NCBI RefSeq assembly: GCF_900110535.1
Contig: NZ_FOJA01000001.1
Location: 1,561,393 to 1,585,392, forward strand
Source of the DNA: Halobacterium jilantaiense
Lineage (GTDB): Archaea > Halobacteriota > Halobacteria > Halobacteriales > Halobacteriaceae
Reading direction: 5' to 3'
Length of the DNA stretch: 24,000 nucleotides
In this document: in pieces, positions 1-7,818 of the stretch
Position numbering within the stretch: the first letter of the stretch is position 1
Layout of the letters: every line of letters begins with the position of its first letter
Notes under the pieces: model-generated
The model's input: the letters and a program-made list of their open reading frames with translations, nothing else
Told to the model about the DNA's origin: nothing
The model's database searches: none
Program-made: the position numbers and the translations under genes

Positions 1-788
1 TCGACGCGGTCGGTGCTGTCGACGCCGTCGACGACGATGGAGACGAGGTCGCCGCGCTCGTCGGTCACCGGCTGGACGGAGAGTTCGAGGACGCGCTCGC
101 CGGCGACGCCCGACCGCGTGGCGACGGCGTGCCCGAACTCGCCGTCGGCCGCCGTCTCGACGAGCCGGCGGACGTCGGCCGCCGCCCGCTCGTCGTCCGG
201 CCACCACGGTAGCGTCCAGAACGGGTCGCCGACGACGGCGTCGGCGCTCGCGTCGACCATGTCTCGGGCGGCCTGATTGACCCGGGAGAGCGTGCCGTCG
301 GGGTCGAGCACCCAGGTCGCGGTCCGGGTGTCGTGGAAGGTGGCGTCGAACTGCCGGGCGCGCTCGCGTTGCGTCGTCGCTCGCTGGGCGTCCCGGAGTG
401 CGCGCTCGGTCCGCCGGCGGGCGTCCTCGACCGTGTCGTCCAGCGCGCCGTCGACCGCGAGGTAGTCCGTGACGCCGGCGGCGATGGCGTCGCTGGCGAT
501 TCGCTCGCTCCCGTCAGCCGTCCCGAGGAGGACCGGCAGGGACGTGGTCGCGTCGCGGAGGCGTTCAGCGACGGCGACGCCCGTGGTCTCGGGGAGTACG
601 TGTTCGAGGACGAGGCAGTCCGGGCTCGTCTGTTGGATGGCGTCGCGGGCGGCCGCCGCGCGCTCGTAGCTGTGGACGGTCGCGTCGGTCCGGTCCCGGA
701 GCGAGTCCGCGTAGGCAGTTATCCAGGGCGTGTCGCCGACGGTGACGACCACGGCGTCGTCGAGAACGGTGTTCGAGTCAGGAATCAT
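1..788 (-). CDS. Signal-transduction protein with an N-terminal receiver-like domain followed by a PAS domain (HTR-like/bat-like). Partial: about 262 N-terminal codons, with the C-terminus beyond the window edge
   Basis: The ORF is absent from the track because it runs off the window. The ATG is the complement of cat at 786-788. I scanned the reverse frame by eye and found no in-frame tta/cta/tca down to position 1. The translation starts MIPDSNTVLDDAVVVTVGDTPWITAYADSLRDR. It continues with PDCLVLEHVLPETTG, LPVLLGTADGS and AGVTDYLAV (CheY-like receiver layout), then FDATFHDTRTATWVLDPDGTLSRVNQAARDMV and GDPFW (PAS-like). Confidence 0.7.
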   Translation of the reverse strand, partial: MIPDSNTVLDDAVVVTVGDTPWITAYADSLRDRTDATVHSYERAAAARDAIQQTSPDCLVLEHVLPETTGVAVAERLRDATTSLPVLLGTADGSERIASDAIAAGVTDYLAVDGALDDTVEDARRRTERALRDAQRATTQRERARQFDATFHDTRTATWVLDPDGTLSRVNQAARDMVDASADAVVGDPFWTLPWWPDDERAAADVRRLVETAADGEFGHAVATRSGVAGERVLELSVQPVTDERGDLVSIVVDGVDSTDRV

Positions 789-949
789 GGGGGAGCGTGA
801 CGTGTCCGGGGAAAACGGCGGACGGCGTCGAACGGTACTGCGCGACCGTACCCGCCGGACGCGCAAAACCCCCCGGGTTTACAGTTAAACCCCGCTTCGT
901 CGGTGCTGTTTCGATATCAACCCGGTTCGGTGAGGCGAGTGCGCCCGAG

Positions 950-2506
950 TCAGCGGTAGAGGTCGAGGCGCTGGAAGACCGCGCCGAGCAGCACCGCAAT
1001 CGGGATGATTTCGAGGCGACCCACCCACATGTTGAGTATCAGCATCGCCTTCGCGGTACCGGGCATCGTCGGCCCGGTGATGCCGGAGTCCAGTCCGACG
1101 TTGCTCTGCGCGCTCATCACGTCGAAAATGACGTACTCCAGCGGATGGCCGGGCGAGAGCACGCGCAGTAGAACGGCGACGCCGATTGCGAGGAACGCGA
1201 CCCAGAGCACGAACACGACGGTCGCCTCCGTGTACTCGCTCTCGGCCTGTTTCTCGCTGAGTTTCCGCTCGCCGAGTTTCATGTACCGGATGGCCGAATC
1301 CGGTCGGAAGACCTCCCGAATCTGCCAGACCGTCCCGCGGACGAGCGTCGCGACGCGAATCAGTTTGAGGCCGCTAGTCGTCGAACCCGCAGCGCCCCCG
1401 GTGAGCATCCCCAGGCACGTCAGTAGGGTGGCACCGGCGCTCCAGACCTGCTCGGTGCCGCCGCCGACGGTCGCGCTCCCGAAGCCGGTGTTCGAGGTCG
1501 CGGAGACGAACTGGAAGAGGCTCACCCGGAACGTCTCCTCGAACGTGGCGTACTGGCCGTTCGCGTACAGGATGCCCGTGAGGGCGAGCGACCCGGCACC
1601 GAACCAGAGGAACACCCACCGGGTCTGGAGGTCGGTGTAGAAGTTCCGCAGTTCGCCCTTGAACAGCAGGTAGTGGATGGGGAACGCGATGCTGCCCGCG
1701 ACCATGATGGGGACGGTCGCGTACTCGATGAGCGGGCTGCCGTAGTGCCCGATGGAGTCCGCGTGGACCGAGAAGCCGCCGGTCGCGATGCCCGTCATCG
1801 CGTGGTTGATGGCGTCCCACAGCGGCATCCCGACCAGGAGGTAGAGCAGGATGGAGCCGAGCGTGAGCCCGACGAATATCTTCCAGATTTCTCGGACGGT
1901 CGTCACGATGCTCGGGTGAATCTTCTCCGAGCGCGCTTCGCTCTCGTAGAGCGTGTACGACCCGCTGCTCCCGCCGCCCCGACGGAGAATCGCGACCGTC
2001 AGGACGATGACGCCGACGCCGCCCACCCACTCGATGAGCGACCGCCACCAGTGCAGCGACCGCGGCAGTTTCTCCTCGACGGCGGCCATCGTCAGCCCGG
2101 TTCCGGTGAACCCGCTCATGCTCTCGAAGACGGCGTCGAGGGGGTGGCGGAAGATGGCCGTCGTCGCGTCCATCGGCGGCGTGTTCGCCCACACCGGGAA
2201 CGGGTCGACCTGAATCGTCCACGCGACGAAGAGGAACGGCAGTCCGCCGAGGACGCCGACCAGCATCCACGCGGTCGCCGCCGTCACCATCGCGTCCCGC
2301 TTCGCCGGCGGGTCGGCGTCCCGGTAGCGGCGCGCCAGCGCGGTGCCGACGCCCGCCGCCACGACCGCCGACCCGAGGAACGCCGGAATGGCGTAGAACT
2401 CGGCGTTCGCGGCTGCGACGACGACGGAGGCGACCATCATCAGTGAGACGGCCTGCACGATGCGGCCGACGTCGCGGCCGACGGTCCGCGTGTCGACTCG
2501 CATCAT
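950..2506 (-). CDS. trkH: TrkH-family K+ uptake membrane subunit
   Basis: 518-aa ORF with ATG at 2506 and many hydrophobic segments. It has four pore-loop motifs typical of TrkH/KtrB/HKT: SGFTGTGLT, TGGFSVH, TSNTGFG and QSNVGLD. It lies 115 nt downstream of trkA on the same strand. Confidence 0.92.
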   Translation of the reverse strand: MMRVDTRTVGRDVGRIVQAVSLMMVASVVVAAANAEFYAIPAFLGSAVVAAGVGTALARRYRDADPPAKRDAMVTAATAWMLVGVLGGLPFLFVAWTIQVDPFPVWANTPPMDATTAIFRHPLDAVFESMSGFTGTGLTMAAVEEKLPRSLHWWRSLIEWVGGVGVIVLTVAILRRGGGSSGSYTLYESEARSEKIHPSIVTTVREIWKIFVGLTLGSILLYLLVGMPLWDAINHAMTGIATGGFSVHADSIGHYGSPLIEYATVPIMVAGSIAFPIHYLLFKGELRNFYTDLQTRWVFLWFGAGSLALTGILYANGQYATFEETFRVSLFQFVSATSNTGFGSATVGGGTEQVWSAGATLLTCLGMLTGGAAGSTTSGLKLIRVATLVRGTVWQIREVFRPDSAIRYMKLGERKLSEKQAESEYTEATVVFVLWVAFLAIGVAVLLRVLSPGHPLEYVIFDVMSAQSNVGLDSGITGPTMPGTAKAMLILNMWVGRLEIIPIAVLLGAVFQRLDLYR

Positions 2507-2621
2507 GTGTCGTCGGTCGACGGCAGCGCGCGCTCGCCCCCGGTGTTCGAGCGGCCGGCGAGTGTTCGGCGGCGACCGTAGAGTGCGTTGTACATTGGTA
2601 GTGAGAGTGTCGAGCAGTCGG

Positions 2622-3311
2622 TTACGCGGAGTGGTCCTCGTCGTGGCCGAAGACGTCGGTGAGTTCGGGGTCGGCTCCGGTGGCCGAGTAGACGGTCAGG
2701 AGGTCGCCGGCCTCGATTCGCGTGTCGCCGCGCGGCGTCAGCGGGCCGTTCCCGTCCCCGTCCCGGTCGATGGCTACGATGAGGACATCGTCCGAGAGGA
2801 TGTCGGCGTCGCCGGCTTCCGTGAGCGTCTTCCCGGCGATGGGCGCGTCCGCCGTGACCGTGATTTCGAACACCTCGGCCTCCTCGCCGATGCGCATGTA
2901 GTCGACGATGGCCGGACGGGAGACCGCCCGGTAGAGGTGACCCGCGATGAGCTGCTGTGGGTTCTCGATGGTGTTCACGCCGATCTGGCGGAAGAGGTTC
3001 ATGTGTTCGGGGTCGTGGACGACCGACGTGATCGCCGGGATATCGAACTCCTCGGCGAGCAGGCAGACCATCACGTTCGTCGCGTCCTGGTCGGTCGTCG
3101 AGATAATGGCGTCCGCCCGGTCCGCCCCGGCGTCCGCCAGCGTTTCCTTGACCGTCGCGTCGTCGTTCAGCACGAGACAGTCGTGGGCGCTGGCGATCTC
3201 GTCGGCCTTCTGTGCGTCCCGCTCGACGACCACGACCTCGTTTCCGGACCTGGTCGCGATGTCTATCAGCGGCGTTCCGATGTCGCCTGCGCCGACAACG
3301 ATGATGTACAT
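2622..3311 (-). CDS. trkA: TrkA K+ uptake regulatory subunit (RCK_N/TrkA_N plus RCK_C/TrkA_C)
   Basis: 229 aa with ATG at 3311. The N-terminal Rossmann motif is MYIIVVGAGDIGTPL...EVVVVERD. The C-terminal RCK_C-like segment is EVFEITVTADAPIAGKTLTEA...VAIDRDG...PRGDTRIEAGDLLTVYS. Confidence 0.9.
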   Translation of the reverse strand: MYIIVVGAGDIGTPLIDIATRSGNEVVVVERDAQKADEIASAHDCLVLNDDATVKETLADAGADRADAIISTTDQDATNVMVCLLAEEFDIPAITSVVHDPEHMNLFRQIGVNTIENPQQLIAGHLYRAVSRPAIVDYMRIGEEAEVFEITVTADAPIAGKTLTEAGDADILSDDVLIVAIDRDGDGNGPLTPRGDTRIEAGDLLTVYSATGADPELTDVFGHDEDHSA

Positions 3312-3428
3312 GAGTAGTGTGGCTGTAGAGAGGGTGTCTGCCGGACCGTTCAGTCGTGATGTGGGTTCGCTGTGTCGGGTGCTGTCGCCGAACGGGCGAC
3401 CCGTCGGCGGCGCGACGACGGCTGCACG

Positions 3429-3776
3429 TCAGTCACCGTCACCGCGGACGGCTCCGAGGTAGTGCCACCGGTACTTGCCGGCCGACGCGCCGTCCACGTC
3501 CGGCTCGTACTGCACCCGGTACGCGAACGGCCCGCTGTCGGCACCCGTCTCGGCCGGCCGCTCGACGACGACAATCGTGTAACCGTCGTGGTCCTCGGTG
3601 CGGACGAGTTCCTCGCCCTCGCGCGCCTTGATTGCGTCCGTCAGAGACGGCTTCGCTCCGAGGCGTCGCTGGGCGTACTCGACGACCGCGCGGAGCTCCC
3701 GGTCGCTGCAGTCGTCGAGGACAGTCCGGACCTGTTCGGGGACGTCGCCGGCCGTGTCTGTGTCGGGTCCTGTCAT
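3429..3776 (-). CDS. Hypothetical acidic cytoplasmic protein (115 aa), function unknown
   Basis: ATG at 3776. The composition is acidic and protein-like (MTGPDTDTAGDVPEQVRTVLDDCSDRELRAVVEYAQRRLG...YRVQYEPDVDG...), with GC-rich third codon positions like the neighbouring genes. I recognise no motif. Confidence 0.6.
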   Translation of the reverse strand: MTGPDTDTAGDVPEQVRTVLDDCSDRELRAVVEYAQRRLGAKPSLTDAIKAREGEELVRTEDHDGYTIVVVERPAETGADSGPFAYRVQYEPDVDGASAGKYRWHYLGAVRGDGD

Positions 3777-3910
3777 GGTTCGTGGGTCGCAGTGCCGTCT
3801 GCGCCGGCCGCCGGCCGTAGCGACCGGGCGGTGACTACCGGACTCGTGGGCCCGGCGTCTGGCTACGACACCGCTAGATTATCGCTGCAAAATAAAGATT
3901 GGTATCCAGA

Positions 3911-3954
3911 TTTCGGAGGCGAAACAGAACAGCACGTATTTTTTCGGTGCGAAA
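3911..3954. promoter_or_regulatory. Pair of inverted repeats, TTTCG-N4-CGAAA (3911-3924) and TTTCG-N3-CGAAA (3942-3954). Candidate operator in the divergent promoter region upstream of the Lrp/TrkA_C regulator
   Basis: Read directly: tttcggaggcgaaa and tttcggtgcgaaa. The centres are about 30 nt apart. They lie in the only AT-rich part of the 3777-4054 intergenic region. Confidence 0.3.
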
Positions 3955-4025
3955 TAGCTGTCGAGTGTGGCGAGCTGTCTGACGACGGACCTGACCGACC
4001 GACGCCAGTCGCGCCCATCGGGGAG

Positions 4026-4032
4026 TAAATAT
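4026..4032 (+). promoter_or_regulatory. TATA-like element (taaatat) for the Lrp/TrkA_C regulator gene
   Basis: It sits 23-29 nt upstream of ATG 4055, matching the leaderless spacing seen at other genes in this window. Confidence 0.4.
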
Positions 4033-4054
4033 GCGCGCTAATCGTACGTCCGGT

Positions 4055-4798
4055 ATGGACCACCGGGTCGACGAAATCGACAAGCGCGTCCTCTACCACC
4101 TGTCGCGGGACGCCCGGAACACGACCGCCGCAGACGTCGCCGAAGAGATGGACGTGACGCCGGCGACCATCCGGAACCGCATCCACCAGCTCGAAGCCGC
4201 GGGCATCCTCCGGGGGTACCTCGCCGACGTCAACTACAAAGCCATCGAGGGGCACGTCACGTACCAGTTCAGTTGCACGGCCCCGATTCCCGAACGGGAC
4301 CGGCTCGCGCAGGCCGCCCTCGACGTCTCCGGCGTCGTCTCCGTCCGCGAACTGATGACGGGCAAGACCAACCTCGCCGTGACGGCTGTCGGGTCGAACA
4401 CCGACGACATCAGCCGCATCGCCGGTGAGCTCTCCGACGCCGGGCTGGAGATCGAGGACGAGAGCGTCGTGGAGAACGAGTACCACCAGCCGTACAACCC
4501 CTTCGGCCCCGACGACGTCCCCGTCGGCCCGTCGCTGACCGACTTCATGAGCCTCGCGGGCGGTGCCGAAGTCGTCGAGTTCACCGTCTCCGAGGGTGCC
4601 GACGTCGCCGGGCTGACCATCGAGCAGGCGGTCGAAGACGGACTGCTCGCCGACGAGATGCTGGTCGTCGGCATCGAGCGCGACGGCGGCGTCCTCACGC
4701 CGAAAGGCGAGACCGTCATCCGGACCGGCGACGTCGTCTCGCTGTTCTCGAAGTCCACGCTGGAGCGAGACGCCCTCGAAGTGTTCGGCACGCAGTGA
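4055..4798 (+). CDS. Lrp/AsnC-family transcription regulator with a C-terminal TrkA_C (RCK_C) domain (Trh-type regulator)
   Basis: The N-terminus MDHRVDEIDKRVLYHLSRDARNTTAADVAEEMDVTPATIRNRIHQLEAAGIL is an HTH_AsnC domain. The middle part, LADVNYKAIEGHVTYQFSCT...LAVTAVGSN, is a RAM-like domain. The C-terminus VVEFTVSEGADVAGLTIEQA...VVGIERDGGVLTPKGETVIRTGDVVSLFSK is an RCK_C domain. The track start at 4031 is also an ATG. I prefer 4055 because taaatat at 4026-4032 sits 23-29 nt upstream of it. Confidence 0.85.
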   Translation: MDHRVDEIDKRVLYHLSRDARNTTAADVAEEMDVTPATIRNRIHQLEAAGILRGYLADVNYKAIEGHVTYQFSCTAPIPERDRLAQAALDVSGVVSVRELMTGKTNLAVTAVGSNTDDISRIAGELSDAGLEIEDESVVENEYHQPYNPFGPDDVPVGPSLTDFMSLAGGAEVVEFTVSEGADVAGLTIEQAVEDGLLADEMLVVGIERDGGVLTPKGETVIRTGDVVSLFSKSTLERDALEVFGTQ

Positions 4799-4844
4799 TG
4801 ACCACCGGCGACGAGCCGACTGACTCGGCGGTCGGACTCCGCGC

Positions 4845-5567
4845 TCAGTCCCGCAGGACGACCACCGGAACGTCGACCCGGTCGGCGAGCCGCCGGTAGA
4901 CACCGCCCAGAAACGCCGACTCAGAGGGACTCTCGCCCGTCTCTCCCATCACCACGAGGTTGTGTCGCCGCGCGCGCTTCGCGACCGCCACACTCGGGTT
5001 ATCGCCGATGTCGACGGTCACGTCGACGACGTCCTCCGCGAATCCGGCCTCGACGAGGTCCGCACGGACGCTCTCGAGCATCGCCTCGCCCGCGTCGGCC
5101 GCAGCCCGGTCGGGCGCGACGTGGTACAGCTCCAGCGTGAACATCGAGTGTCGATTCAGGCCGCCGAGAAATGTCAGGAGGTCCGCCCGGCGGCGGTCGT
5201 CCCGGAGCGGCACCAGGACGTTCGCCCACTTCGTGATGTTGCCCCCCATCAACACCGCGTCCACGTCGGACTCGTCCGCGATGCGGTCCTGGAGTTTCGC
5301 CTCCGTCGCCCCCGACTCTCCGAAGAACAACTGCACCGACGTGGACGCGCCGCCACGGCTGAACGCGGCAGCCAACTCGTAGAGGACCGACTGCGCGTCC
5401 GGTTCCCGGCTCGCGCGCACCGCCTCCCGGTCGGCCTCCTCCGGGACCTCCCAGTACCCGAACAGCACGACGTCGAACCCGCTCAAGCCGACGATGTTCT
5501 CGTCGTCCAGCGGGTAGACGTCCGGCTCCGGGAACACCACGGGGACGAGCAGCGTTGTTCTGGACAT
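4845..5567 (-). CDS. Universal stress protein family protein (tandem USP-like domains)
   Basis: The track ORF extends to 5732, but the first 55 codons are Arg/Pro/Ala-rich and not protein-like. I trimmed it to ATG 5567 (cat at 5565-5567), giving MSRTTLLVPVVFPE.... The C-terminal half has the USP signature NLVVMGETGES...FLGGVYRRLADRVDVPVVVLRD. Confidence 0.8.
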   Translation of the reverse strand: MSRTTLLVPVVFPEPDVYPLDDENIVGLSGFDVVLFGYWEVPEEADREAVRASREPDAQSVLYELAAAFSRGGASTSVQLFFGESGATEAKLQDRIADESDVDAVLMGGNITKWANVLVPLRDDRRRADLLTFLGGLNRHSMFTLELYHVAPDRAAADAGEAMLESVRADLVEAGFAEDVVDVTVDIGDNPSVAVAKRARRHNLVVMGETGESPSESAFLGGVYRRLADRVDVPVVVLRD

Positions 5568-5846
5568 CGCCAACGCCTCCGAGTGGGTCGACCGGCCAGA
5601 AAGCCCTATCGGAGGCAGCAGGGGAGCCGCAGCCGACGGTGGCCGCACACCGTCCCCGTGCGTCGCAGCGTGAGCCGCGGGCGCTATCCCCGCGAGACGA
5701 GCACTCCAGCGTGTTCGGACTGACGGTGCCACACTGACGAAGCGGACCGTCGCACCTCGTGACGAACTCCGGATACCGAGCGTTCCGAGAGCAGGACAAG
5801 CGGAGCTCGGCTGCCACTCAGCCAGAGAGTCCCCGTGATAGTTCTG

Positions 5847-7235
5847 TCAGTGGTGGTCGTGCCCGTCCGAGATGACCGGGTCGGCTGTGGCGAACTCCCC
5901 GGGTGTGTCTTCGAACGCTCGCTCGCACGCCTTCGAGCAGAAGTAGTAGGTCTCGCCGTCGTACGTGGCGCTCGCTCCGTCGTCGTCGGTCCGCATCCCG
6001 CAGACTGGGTCCCGGTACTGTCCGGGCGCTCCCAGCCCGCGCCGGTACACGTAGAAGAGGAACCCGGAGACCGCGAACGCGATCACGTTGAGGTAGAACG
6101 TGTAGTTCAGTTCGAAGTACGTCTGCTCACTCGCAGTCACGCCGGCGGCGAGATCGGGGACGATTCCCAGCACGTCGAACAGTTGCTCCATGAGGAAGCC
6201 CGTGAACGCCATCGTCACGAAGAACACGCCGAAGATGTAGGCCATCACCGTCCAGCCGTAGTACTTCCGGTAGAAGTTGAGCACGGGGACCGTGATGAGG
6301 TCGGCGTAGACGAACGCGATGACGCCCGCGAAGCTGACACCGCCGCCCCAGAGCGCGACGGCGAACGGGACGTTCCCCATGCTGCCGACGAAGCTGACGA
6401 CGGCGATGGCAACGCCCATGACCGCGTTCTCGGCGCTGACCAGCAAGCCGTCGCCCTGCAAGAAGAGCGTGTTCCAGACCCACTGGGGCACGAACACGAT
6501 GACGAACCCCGCAATCAGGAACCCCGCAATCACGTCCTCGTAGAGCATCGACCACTCCTTGCGGTACTGGTTGGCGACCCTGTACCAGCCGCCCCACGAT
6601 AGCAGTTCGTCCCGCCAGCCGCCGCTGCTTGCCACCTCCTGCTGGTAGGTCTCCATGCACCCCGCCGAGCAGAACTGCAGGGTTTCGCCGCCGTCTGTGA
6701 CGAGTGAGTACTCCTCTTTGCCGTCCATCCCGCACGTCGGGTCCGCCGAAACACCGTGGTCGCGGTCGCGCTGATTCAGTTCGGCGCGGACCTCGTCGAA
6801 TAGATTCTCCGGGAGCGTCAGGTGGACGATGACCGCCATCACCGCGATGAGAAGCAGGCCGCCGAGTAACTCGGCCACGAGGAACTCCCAGCCGAGCAGG
6901 AGCAGAATCATCAGCCCGAGCTCGACGATGAGGTTCGTCGACGCGAACATGAACGCGAGGAAGTTCACGACGTGCGCCCCCTTCTTGAACAGCCCCTTCC
7001 CGATGGCGACGGCCCCGAAGCTACAGCCACTGCTGGCCGCACCGAACAGCGTTGCCTTGGTGACACCCGTGACGTCGCCCTCACCCAGCACGGCCGCCAT
7101 CCGCTCTTTCGAGACGTAGACCTGGACGAGACTGGTTATCACCAGCCCCATGATGATCGCCCACGCCGCGGTCCAGAGGAAGCCGACACCGATTCGGAGC
7201 GCCTCGACTACTGTCGTGCCCAGTGTCGCCAGCAT
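5847..7235 (-). CDS. Predicted permease (DUF318/ArsP-type, COG0701-like) with one internal and one C-terminal YHS (TRASH-like) metal-binding domain
   Basis: 462 aa with ATG at 7235. The membrane core contains GAASSGCSFGAVAIGKGLFKKGA in the first half and GSMGNVPFAVALWGGGVSFAG in the second. Two YHS-type motifs are present: DPTCGMDGKEEYSLVTDGGETLQFCSAGCMETY (residues ~165-198, nt 6642-6743) and DPVCGMRTDDDGASATYDGETYYFCSKACERAF (residues ~409-444, nt 5904-6011). The tail is His-rich (DGHDHH). The start lies 10 nt downstream of the SHOCT gene stop. Confidence 0.8.
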   Translation of the reverse strand: MLATLGTTVVEALRIGVGFLWTAAWAIIMGLVITSLVQVYVSKERMAAVLGEGDVTGVTKATLFGAASSGCSFGAVAIGKGLFKKGAHVVNFLAFMFASTNLIVELGLMILLLLGWEFLVAELLGGLLLIAVMAVIVHLTLPENLFDEVRAELNQRDRDHGVSADPTCGMDGKEEYSLVTDGGETLQFCSAGCMETYQQEVASSGGWRDELLSWGGWYRVANQYRKEWSMLYEDVIAGFLIAGFVIVFVPQWVWNTLFLQGDGLLVSAENAVMGVAIAVVSFVGSMGNVPFAVALWGGGVSFAGVIAFVYADLITVPVLNFYRKYYGWTVMAYIFGVFFVTMAFTGFLMEQLFDVLGIVPDLAAGVTASEQTYFELNYTFYLNVIAFAVSGFLFYVYRRGLGAPGQYRDPVCGMRTDDDGASATYDGETYYFCSKACERAFEDTPGEFATADPVISDGHDHH

Positions 7236-7244
7236 ACCGGGGTG

Positions 7245-7628
7245 TCACTCGTTTTCGAGGCGTGCTCGGCGTCGTTCGTACTCCTCGTCACTCAGGTCGC
7301 CGCGGGCGTAGGCAGTCCGAAGTGCTTCGAGTGCCGGGTCGGTCGAGTCATCCTGCGTGGTCACCGCCCGGTAGCCGAGGTAGACGGCCCCGGCGAGGAC
7401 GGCGAGGAAGAGCAGTTGCATCCCCGCGCCGACGACCAGCATCCATCCGGGTGCCTCGCCACTTCCCCACATGTGGTCGCCCCACGATCCGCCCATCATC
7501 GGTCCGCCGCCCATCATCGGCCCGCCACCCATCACCCCGAACCCCATGACGAACGCGGGGACGACGATGAGGGCGACGGCAATTGCGAGCACGACCCAGA
7601 CGAGCTGTCGGTTGGTGTTAGTGGTCAT
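7245..7628 (-). CDS. Small two-TM membrane protein with a Met/Gly-rich loop and a C-terminal SHOCT domain
   Basis: The track start at 7649 is a GTG. ATG 7628 (cat at 7626-7628) gives MTTNTNRQLVWVVLAIAVALIVVPAF. The loop reads MGGGPMMGGGPMMGGSWGDHMWGSGE and is followed by a second TM segment. The C-terminus ALEALRTAYARGDLSDEEYERRRARLENE is SHOCT-like. A TTTAGA element (complement of 7668-7673) would place the TSS near 7644, downstream of the GTG. Confidence 0.75.
   Translation of the reverse strand: MTTNTNRQLVWVVLAIAVALIVVPAFVMGFGVMGGGPMMGGGPMMGGSWGDHMWGSGEAPGWMLVVGAGMQLLFLAVLAGAVYLGYRAVTTQDDSTDPALEALRTAYARGDLSDEEYERRRARLENE
7489..7536 (-). repeat. 18-bp tandem repeat (about 2.6 units) inside the SHOCT-protein CDS, encoding (GGGPMM)n
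   Basis: The units are ccgcccatcatcggtccg (7489-7506), ccgcccatcatcggcccg (7507-7524) and ccacccatcacc (7525-7536). Confidence 0.85.
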
Positions 7629-7805
7629 GGTAGCAGGGCCTCGAATCACGTCGAGACGCGGTCCCTATCTAAACTGACGGGCACATCGTTTAATGCAGTT
7701 GTTCTTACGGTATGAAGGATAACGAGTGCGTGAGTTTTGGAATCCAAGGCCAAAAACCCAGATACTGGCTCTCTGAGCAGGTGAGTAGAAACCGACTGGT
7801 GCGAC

Positions 7806-7818
7806 CGAAAGATAATAT
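7806..7818 (+). promoter_or_regulatory. BRE-like cgaaa plus TATA-like gataatat promoter of the heliorhodopsin gene (leaderless transcript predicted)
   Basis: The TATA-like element at 7811-7818 ends 24 nt before ATG 7842 and is immediately preceded by the purine-rich cgaaa. Confidence 0.5.

Noticed and set aside
3874-4083. A 69-aa minus-strand ORF in the AT-rich divergent promoter region.
   Set aside because: Its composition is basic and Arg-rich. It overlaps the start of the Lrp-type regulator gene and the candidate promoter elements. It is most likely non-coding.
5568-5732. N-terminal 55-codon extension of the USP ORF, and the overlapping 4999-5817 (-) ORF.
   Set aside because: The composition is not protein-like (basic, rich in Ala/Pro/Arg/Cys) in an otherwise acidic proteome. 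The internal ATG at 5567 starts directly at the conserved USP beta-strand.
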